Assembly: GCA_001949185.1 (NCBI GenBank)
Contig: BDGG01000016.1
Span: 558,001 to 622,000, forward strand
Length of the DNA stretch: 64,000 bases
Origin: Ramazzottius varieornatus
Lineage: Eukaryota; Animalia; Tardigrada
Direction: 5' to 3'
Shown: piece by piece, positions 52,542-64,000 of the stretch
How the letters are laid out: each line of letters begins with the position of its first letter
Position numbering within the stretch: position 1 is the stretch's first letter
Notes under the pieces: model-generated
The model's input: only the letters and a program-made list of their open reading frames with translations
What the model was told of the DNA's origin: nothing
Databases searched by the model: none
Program-made: the position numbers and the translations under genes

Positions 52542-55240
52542 TTATTTGATCATGGCTAATAATTTTGCGCGTTTCTCGTTGTTATCGAACAGCGCCCGAA
52601 CCATCTTCTTGACTTCTTCTGGCTTCAGATGTTCGGCTAAAGGACCATTACCATCCAACCAGCGGTCTGCCACTTCGCCCATGTGCGCGTCCAGCATGAA
52701 CTTCACTTCCAGGAACCTAAACCAAGCTGGCACGAACTTGAAGGGTGCAACTTCCACACCGCCCTGTCCAACCTGAAACCAATAACCGGACTTGACTTTC
52801 CTTGCAGCGCTTGTGCGCCGAGTGATCTGGGCAGTACCTGCAGAATTTCTGTTACTTCTGCAGTAAACCAGTCCATGTTATCACACAGGGTCTTCGAATC
52901 AGCTTCTCCAATCTCTTCCGTGTCGATCACCCGTTCGACCATGTCGGACATAATGGCGTTGATGATGATGCCCGTTGCTTTCTGGAAGACCAGAGAAGGC
53001 ATGATGTCCTTCCAGACGGAAGCCAAACGGCGGACGATGTCCATGCCGCGTTTCAGCGTCATTCTGTCGAGAAGGACCTTGATCCGAGTGAAGAGCTCGT
53101 TCTGAGCGAACTTGGTCAACCCTGAAACCCCCGCAAGAACGAGGTAGTGAAATTTTATTAACCAAGACGGTTTGAGATTTCAGATCGAACTTACATGCAG
53201 CTTGTTCAGTGGATAGGACTTCAAGAACTTCGACAGAGAATCGCTCACAAAGGCTGTTCAGCATCTCGTACGCCTTTATTCGAAGCTGCAGGGACAAGTC
53301 GGCAAACGACAAACGAAGAGTGCTAGAGGGCTTGTCGGACGACTTCTGAACGATACGGTTGAGAAGGACGCATTGACGAGAAGCGTACACACAGCTGGTA
53401 AAATACAACACTAAAAAAAAACAAATGTTTCCTGTCATTGTGAATTAGAAAGAAGTATCACAGTATGAGCACAAGATTTTCTCGGCAAAAGAAGTGATTT
53501 TCAGAAAGAAGTGAGCCAAGTGACGTACCTCCAATGGAAGGAATGTTGGTCATGCGGTCTTTCAAACAGAACGGTACCACGTCCAGCAACATGGCAAGGC
53601 TGTTATGGACATCAGCGACCAAAAGATGCAACGCCGAGGTACTCGTCAAGGAGTCCGACAACAGCTTGAAGCTTCTTTGGCTCACCTGGACGACCGCCGA
53701 ACTACAAGCACACAAAGCGTCAGCGGCAACCTTCTTATGTGATCGTGATATTGTTTTATGACTGGTACCGCACCTGACAGTCATTTCTTGCAGACGGAAG
53801 AACGCGAACTCGTCACCACTTCCATCACTATCATCGTCTTCAGTATCATGCCCAGGTTGAGACTTCATTCTGACTACTTCGGTTTTGAGGAACTCCTTTT
53901 CCGACACGAAGACGCTCCGCGCGAATATGAGAATGTCTTGAGCACTCTTCGCGACGTAGAGGTCGTCGAGGGACTCTGGCAGCTCGGACCAGTCTTTGTC
54001 ATCACTCGTCACCCATCCGTTCCGGACAAGGACACCTCTCAATGTTTGAAGCTTCTGTGCGAATGTTGGTTTGGCTCGCGAGAACTCCTCCGTGTTCTGC
54101 GGGAGCATCTCGGCCACGGATTTGGCTTTGACTAGTTCAGCGAGGTTCATTACAGACGAGGAATTCATGGAAGAAACTAAAGCCACTCGAATGCTTTCCG
54201 ATAGCGTAGAGAAATGTTTCTCCAGAAATCCGAAAAGTGTTATGAAATTATCTAGCCGATATGTCAAAGGCTTCTCTTCGGAATTCGAGATAGACCGAAA
54301 AATCAAAATATTTTCCGGGATGTTTTCTGAGTTTCTGAAGCATTCAATTTTTCCTGCAGCTAGAGGTTCGATTAAATCCGAAACGAGTGTCCTCGAAAGA
54401 TCCTCGAGAGTTTTCGCATCAATGTTCAGTACTTTGGCGCCTTGGTGGGCATCAGACAACCGTTCAGCGAAATCTTCGGGAGTCTGCAGGCTTCCGTCTG
54501 TGCCGGAAACGACTGGTTGAATTTTGACCAAGTTTCGAAAATCTTCGTTTATTTTACTCTCCAGTTTCGTTTGCAGCTCTGTCTGTCGGGCTTTTAGCAC
54601 ACTGACTAGCTTCAACCCATTACGTTCTTCCCTGCCGAGCTCTTTCAGCGTGTCTTTCAGCTCCGAAACTTGTTGCCCTGAGGACAGACGCGGGGCGGAA
54701 TCGATGTGTTGCTCAATATCCTCCAGTCGTTCAAGGATATTCCGAAGAGCTTTCAGCAATCGCTGTTTTTCTTCGTTTTGCTGTAGTGCGACTAGCGAAG
54801 TCTGCCAGGTGGAGACAGAATTTGCCGGTTGAGCCTTTGAAAAAAAAATCGTACGTTGTACCGATAACAGAAACCGATCACCATCCTAACTGGCGAATGA
54901 CGTCATCAAGCCAGAGCTCACGAAACCTGTCCGGAGATTTTTCTCATGCGCGACTTCAACAGGGGTACTGTTTGATTGTTCTGATAAATTCATGCCTTAC
55001 CTTCTCGACGTCTTCCAGCAGCGACCGAAGAGCATAAGTGTGCGTCTCGAGCCCGTTCTTTACGCGGAGCAATTCAGAATATTCATGGAGCGAAGATGAG
55101 CGTGCTGGAGTCGTCTTGCTGGTCAGCTCCTTCACCAGTTTGTCTTGTCGGACAATGAGTTTCGAGGTTAACGTCCTGATTTGCGACCGATCCAGAATGC
55201 TTCCATGATCGCAGACATTGCTCGTAGGTAAGGATGGCAT
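52542..55240 (-). CDS. ZW10: Centromere/kinetochore protein ZW10 homolog, multi-exon
   Basis: C-terminal W.RF.E..FMLDA.M.E..DRW.DG.GPLA....EEVK.M.RALF.NNEKRA.LL..I, L.SVWKDIMP..VF, and an N-terminal coiled coil. Confidence 0.9.
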
Positions 55241-55713
55241 GGCTCGTCGATGCTACGTCAACCTAGATGAGCTAAACAACGGGAGAAGCACAGAGCTCGC
55301 CAAACAGAAGAACAGAAACGTCAGAAAAAATTCTCTGTAGAATTTCAATTATCAAAATTTAGGATCTATCAAATCAATCAAGTGGGCTTCCGTTGATTGA
55401 TAGCCGTAGTCTTACGAAGCGGATCCGCTCCCTAACCTATCCATTCCGTCTCGCATACTCTTGGAAAAAACTCAGAAAAATAATTAAAAATCACTGACGA
55501 GCTGCTGAACATCGTGTTGCACANNNNNNNNNNNNNNNNNNNNNNAGTTGATGGGCATTACTGTCAGTTTGTGCAGCACGATGTTCAGCAGCTCGTCAGT
55601 GTCTGAAATTATATTTTGTAGTTTAGGGTCGAACCTCTCATATTTGTGAATGTTTCCAGCTGTGTTGTGAAAGTCAATGGATCTGCTTCCACGGTCGTAA
55701 CTATTTCCGCGCC
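55241..55713. promoter_or_regulatory. Divergent (head-to-head) ZW10/GPR107 promoter region
   Basis: The start codons are about 470 bp apart on opposite strands. Confidence 0.6.
55492..55601. repeat. ~110-bp palindrome spanning the 22-N assembly gap (55524-55545)
   Basis: 55492-55523 is the reverse complement of 55570-55601 (31 of 32). Confidence 0.85.
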
Positions 55714-58222
<2,509 letters not shown>

Positions 58223-58442
58223 TTGTTTTACGTTCGCACTCGAGGTGTCCACTCGGAAAGTATCTCGGAGGATGAGTTTAAAATGCTTGGAAGATGAATT
58301 GTAGATCTTAAATCGGCATATATGGCACTTTGATGGAGTTTGATACGCATTGCTGGTTTTTCGCTTTTATTTTATCACTGTTTTCACTGAAGCTTCCGGC
58401 TGCAACAGGTCTCGCTGTACATGGTCATAAGAAAAGAATATG

Positions 58443-59061
58443 TTACAACTGTCTACTATGGAGAGAGAGAAACCAGAAGAGTGCGGGAACCAGCAAAAAC
58501 AATGGTCGGGCAATGTGTAGCCTCGAGACGGAATTACAGCCATCTTGAGTGCAGTAGCACTGTAAGCAGAGAGGATTACAATTCCTATACAGTCTGCCAT
58601 TTTTCAACAATTTAAAGTTGTCAGATAAACATTCTCACCTGCTCCCAGTAGGTGCCGCGACCTGCAAGCAAGAATCGATTCAACGTTTGAGCTTACTGAA
58701 AAATGTGAATGGATCCATTACTGTCGTATCCCCAGTCACAGCCTTGAAGTTGTCCACGCGATGAAACTTGCGCACACCGTCGAATGACGCTTTTCCATCG
58801 CTTGTCACCTGAAAAGCCGCCATTACAGGAGGTTTGAGGCTGACAGTAGACGGAGTGTCGGAAAGGGGAGTGACTTACGGATGAAGGCTCTGGGACTCAG
58901 CTCAGTGTATTTCAGGCACATTTGTCCTGGCGAAGTTGCCTCATCCCGCCCGCAGTCCACCACAGCGTGCTCATCCGGCCGGAAGCTTCCGCGGGTTCCA
59001 CATCGGTCGTCGGAAGACGGTGGCTGATCTGTCGCGCATTGGTAGCAAAATATAGCGGAAA
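58443..59061 (-). CDS. Second Ly6/three-finger GPI-anchored protein (not in the ORF track); exons ~59061-58878, 58809-58721, 58661-58639, 58559-58443; signal exon upstream unresolved
   Basis: Spliced: SAIFCYQCATDQPPSSDDRCGTRGSFRPDEHAVVDCGRDEATSPGQMCLKYTELSPRAFIRDKRWKSVIRRCAQVSSRGQLQGCDWGYDSRGTYWEQCYCTQDGCNSVSRLHIARPLFLLVPALFWFLSLHSRQL*; 10 Cys, CN motif, GPI signal. Confidence 0.88.
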
Positions 59062-60399
59062 CTGTTGAGAAAACAAAACAAGGTTCCGATTAGTAATGGA
59101 TGCATGAAAAGAATAGGTTCAAACCTGGAACAAGAAAGTGGGTCAAGGAAAGGGTTTCCGCAATCATGGGACGATCTTGCAAGCTAAGAACGGCGTACTC
59201 CAGGACTGACAGTTTTTCGCTCTATGATTACATGCATCTTGTAACTCCAACCGTACCTTACCGACCGTCTTACTCGTACCGACCGTCTTGCTAGTAGGTT
59301 TGTATGTGCTTCAATGCCGCACGACAAGTGGTACTTCGTGATGAGCAAACCTCCAGCTGTGTGGAGTGTTGTTCAGTATTCAAATATCTGTTCGACCTCT
59401 CAGTACTCGTAAAGTTCTGTAAGGAAATCCAAGAGAAAAAAAATCAGCCTTGTCACACTAAATTGCAGCTCAGGTCGATCCATGCTTATGACCTATGTGC
59501 GCCTCTAAATTTCGAAATTGAAGATCTCGAAATACTATTTCAAGATGTTTTGGTGTTACAGTTCGTGCTCCAAAAAAGATACCTTCGTATTAACGCTCCC
59601 GCGTAATGAGGTGATAGGAGCACGATAAGCTCAGTCAGTAACATGTGATGAGGAAAGCCTTGGTTCTTGCTTTCTTTGCATTATGAGATTTCGTATTTCC
59701 GGTCGCGTTCATTGCGCGGTTTGAACAAACAAGCAACAGCTGCACCTTCGCCGTTGTTTGCGTCGAAAATAGTTTTATCAAAAGTTGTGCGTCAGTAAAA
59801 GATACCAAGGCTCCCGAAGCGAGTCATCGACTCACGAAGGACGTGGTCACAAAGTAGAAAAACCCAAATCTTCTATCTACGCGTCAGCAATGGAATGTTA
59901 TTATACGTCTTAGAGATAAGCCGACTACCCACCCGGCAGTATCAGTTTGTTTTGCTGTCAGCGGATATAATATTAATATAACAGGGTATCATGACACGCC
60001 AGCATTGGTAGTAATAGCTGTCGAAATTTTTCCTCTTTTCCTTCTGGCCAGCTTTATTGAGGTTCCAGCAGAGTGGGTATGACCGTCGAGGAACTCTGGT
60101 CCATTTAGATTCCAGCTACACTGCCTGCACATGGTTAGCACGACCCAACCTACAGCCGGACCTGGTTCTCCGGGTCATCAAGATTCAGTAAACCTAGCAT
60201 AATTATAACCCGGAAGTATCCATTCGGCGTACGGCCATGTGCATGCTAGCTGACGAATACAATACTAACGCCGTTTTCCGAGTGAGCAAAACGTTTTCGG
60301 TTAACCAAAACCGGTGGAAGTGATCGTTCTTGATGATCATACTCATTCCAACGGCATACGTAAAGCTCAGTCTTGTGATCTATCTCATCCTAGCTCGAG

Positions 60400-61382
60400 A
60401 TGGCTCATAAATGTCAAAACGCCGTGATCCTGATTGGAAATACTGGTTCCGAGAAATCGTACGTGGCAAACCGGATATTCGAATTTTGCGGAAGCGCCGA
60501 CCGCTTTGAATCATCGGCCTCGAAGTAGTCAGCTATCATGGCAAAAGTTACACCATTATGGATGGCCCCGGCTTCTTTGACAACAGCAGTGAAATCCTAG
60601 GCGCTAACGACGGCCCGAACTTTTGTAAACTGGTGAAGGCACTGGAGGAAAGCGGAAGCATCGTCGCTATTCTCTATGTCTATACTGACAGGTTCGCTAT
60701 ACCGCAGAAAATCTGGTTCGATCGATTGAACGGTCTGATTCCGGAAGAGAGTAAAGGCAACATCATTGTGGTCCACAACAAACTAAACGAAGTATTCAAC
60801 CTGGAAAAGAAAGTCGAGTACAAGTTCCAGGTCAACAACTTGATCGAGGACGGGACACAACATTCATACGCTTGGTTCGGCTGGGAAGCTCCGGATGATC
60901 AGGTTCAAAGCCTGTTGAGTGAGCTGGAAAGGCTGCCTGTTTTCCAGTTACAGGACTTGAAGGTTCCGGAAATATGCTACGAAAAAGAGGTAGAAGGCCC
61001 AGAGTATGAGGAGGTGATTGGGACGAGGATCGAGGACCACGGATCTGAAGTGAGGACCGTGACGGATAGATCGTACTTTAAGACCGTAGAAAAATACAAC
61101 CCGAACACCATAACCGGATTTCTTGGGCTCAAAGGATGGCCGGGGGCGAAGGTGGGCGCAGCTGAAAGCATTCTGAAGATTACAGATACAGTAACAAATG
61201 TTTTTTTATAGAAAGGTGTGCAGGTATATGTGCCGAATATGGTCACCGAGACGAAATTCATCTCTAAACCGATGACCCACAGAACAACAGCTACCTACCA
61301 GAACATTTACAAAGTTCGCTTTGATGGAACAAAGGATCTGAAAGAGAAAAAATGGCTGCGCCAGAAAGAAGATGTTTTCTAG
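60400..61382 (+). pseudogene. Intronless AIG1/GIMAP-like (TRAFAC) P-loop GTPase with disabling lesions
   Basis: VILIGNTGSEKS (G1 with G>E), a frameshift/deletion at ~60520 removing G2, TIMDGPGFFD (G3), IIVVHNK (G4), and an in-frame TAG at 61209 followed by 56 more open codons. Confidence 0.75.
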
Positions 61383-61602
61383 TTATTCCGCGCCGATCGA
61401 TTGCAGCTGTAGGTCTACACATCACACTGATGTTAGCTTGGTGAAAGATTTGATTTAGCATTGGTATAAACCCTTAATGGACCTGTTCAATACATGTCAT
61501 ACAGCGTAACCTGCATACTTTCTGAATAATATCATATCTCGGAAGTAAATCATGTCAACGTGAGATCACAGTTTTGTAGGAGATTGTCCACCGTTTCCGC
61601 CC

Positions 61603-64000
61603 TTATGGGTTCGCCGCAATGGTATCTTCTATCCACTTGTGGTACCGTGCCACTACGAAGTACAAACAAGTCATTTAGCCACGCTATTTGAAAAACCCAG
61701 ATTAGCCATATAACTACCATATACCTCTGACATAAACTCCGGGTAGTTTGGGTTGTGCGCAACCAAAGCCCCAACTGGTCACGCCGATCAAGTCAAAGCC
61801 GCCACCCGGTGTCGTGCAGACAAGAGGTCCTCCAGAGTCACCTTGACAGGCGTCGATCCCACCTTCCCTGTACCCCGCGCAGAACATGTTCTCTGTAATG
61901 GCGCCCGGGAACAAATTCCGGCACATGGCATCGTCGATGATGGGCACACTGGCTTGACGCAGACGGTCTCGGGGGTTCGCCGGGAGGAAACTCCGTTCGC
62001 GGTGTGGCTCGATGTGCTTTTGGAGAGCGCCGGCGGTGAAATTGATGAAAGAGAACTTGAAACCGGCAAACCCTTGGATCGAAAGAGGAATATAAGACAT
62101 TTCGGTATTGCTCTGTCTCTTGTAATTGTAGTCAGGGTGCGAATTACCGTTCTTGCTGCCTTCGGTGGGAAAAGTCTCTCCCCATCCGGTGATGTAACAC
62201 ATAGTTCCAGGAGTAACGAAACCGTTGTCTTTTGGTAGGCAAGCGAAGCGCTTTGTGTCGTCGTTATTCAAATTGGAAACGGTCTGCGACGAAAAAAGGT
62301 CCAATTTCTTGGGACAGTCCAACCGTAGGAAAAAGGTGGTGCGAGTGTCATTCTGATCTGCGGTACAACGCCTACCATGTGTGTAATTACCTTGTCCAAT
62401 TTAATCAATGCAAGATCACTGTCCACTGTATCGGGACTGAAGCGTTCATGGATAATGATTTTTTCGATTCCGGTAATCAGCTCAGTTCCTTCCTTGACGG
62501 ATAGGTCGTGTTCACCCAACCGAACTTCGTACTGTGACGCCGACGTCCTAGATCAAGAAAACGGGGATAGATACATGAGATCAAACTTATTTCCGAAGAC
62601 GAAAAGTCATTCTTACCCCATGACTGGATAATAACAATGCGCAGCCTAACATGGGAAAAGGCTGTCGGTTAATTTACACAGCTAGAACGGAGAAGGCGGA
62701 AGTAGCCTCTTACCGAAAGAACCCAGTTCGGCGCAACGAGTGTTCCGCCACAGAAAACACGGTCGGAACCTCGAGTCAGCACTGCCGCCTGCCATGGCCA
62801 CGAAAACGGCCGAGCTTCCGAACCACCCACAATGCTGAAAAGGGATAATTTCTCCCGGCAAAGTTGTGGTTAGGTTTAGTGGTGGCTCTTACTTGCTCAG
62901 CTGACCGGTGGTGGACAATAGCGGTGAGATTGGCGGTCTTCCGCATTGCAGGGTATTAGGTGCCGGCGGTGTAAATTCCCACGTAATGTTAAACCCTTTG
63001 TCGTTGTAAGTCGGATCCGATTTAAAGCGCAGCTTAATGGCGCCTTTGGTCGTTGTCAGGTGCTGCGGACCATTCTTGCCGCAAAACCACGCTACTTCCT
63101 TGTAGTCACCCGTCGACACCCGCTCGTACAGCTACAACAACAGGAATTTGGTTAATACACGCCTCTTTTTCTATCCGACCACCAAAAGCATGATTTTGTA
63201 TCGGTCGTTTGCATGTATAATTGAGCGACACTGCACGTGAGCAATCAAGTGTACCACCTACCGTTAAAGAGTCGAAAGCGCAACGTCCGTTACGGTCGCC
63301 AGCTTCCAAAGCAAAGCTGTGAGCGTGAAGTCGGACAACCATACCAGCTGGCGCATTCAAGTTAAAGTCGCAGTCCACGACGTTATCAGGGTAGTTCCGC
63401 TCGCCGAAACCCGGCGACGTGACGAAGCCGCTGTGAGGGCCTGCAGGTCCGGCTTCCTGCCCACATGTCCGACTGAGAAATAAGGTCTCGCTGACCAGCC
63501 AGTTAATCTTGGCGAAGAGACTGGTCGCACTGCTGGCTGCGGCGTTGCGTCGGAAAGAGCAAACTTCGACGACGGCGTTGTTGCCTTCGAAGAGGTACAC
63601 GGAGGGGACGGCGCCTTGGCAAATCCTGGCTGGAAAAAAGACCATGGCTGAACAGAAGTCTTTCGTTCGAGGATAACAGATCAGACTCAATACAACTTAC
63701 CTACAGGTTCCACGACATCTTTTTGGCAGATTCCTTTCTTATGCACGCGCCCATCTAATTTATTCCCATCGTAGACGGCGACCCATTCGCGGTTACAATC
63801 GGCTTGCGAAGTCAGCGCAGTACCGGAGGTGGTCGGGTGTCCGAAGAATGAATGCGGATCGAAGCGAAACTCGATATTCTAAGAAGAATGAAAACACGCC
63901 TTCTTCTTGGAATCAAGAAGGTAAAATATTTCGAAATATTTCATTGTACCGTACGTTTCCAGACTTGACTGAAACCGTCCACCGACACCGGACGCTTTTC
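61603..64000 (-). CDS. Multi-CUB-domain trypsin-like serine protease (ovochymase/enteropeptidase-like); 5' part outside the window
   Basis: CUB motifs (TSPGFG..NYP....C, C.FDSL, F.SD......GF), [26 protein letters not shown] (Asp189 trypsin specificity), and terminal exon [16 protein letters not shown]. Confidence 0.93.

Noticed and set aside
55492-55523. CUGACGAG resembles a hammerhead ribozyme core
   Set aside because: There is no correctly placed stem II-GAAA-stem III; the motif is simply part of the palindrome arm.

Overview
Eukaryotic, gene-dense animal DNA with short GT-AG introns. The gene families suggest a compact panarthropod-type genome, possibly tardigrade-like; this is inference only. 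Spliced genes reconstructed by hand: a BarH-class homeobox (5' truncated), two GPI-anchored Ly6/three-finger genes (one absent from the ORF track), a YIL108W-like HEXXH zinc peptidase with a very large disordered insert, an intronless GT32-like glycosyltransferase with three decayed tandem paralogues, Tis11/ZFP36, TECPR1, RUFY, 7B2, TSR2, an orphan BTB protein, ZW10, GPR107/108 and a CUB-trypsin protease (5' truncated). Pseudogenes: an NNMT-like methyltransferase and an AIG1/GIMAP-like GTPase. Mobile DNA: a LINE RT relic and several non-autonomous TIR elements with recognisable TSDs. The most unusual observations are (1) an inverted repeat with ~215-bp arms filling intron 1 of a Ly6 gene, with G:U-biased mismatches (candidate hpRNA/endo-siRNA or ADAR substrate); (2) a hAT-like element carrying a captured, intron-containing membrane-protein gene (Pack-TIR) plus a nested MITE; (3) a BarH homeodomain lacking the family-diagnostic Tyr49; and (4) a ~110-bp palindrome in the ZW10/GPR107 divergent promoter. 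All alignments were done by eye; no database searches were run.
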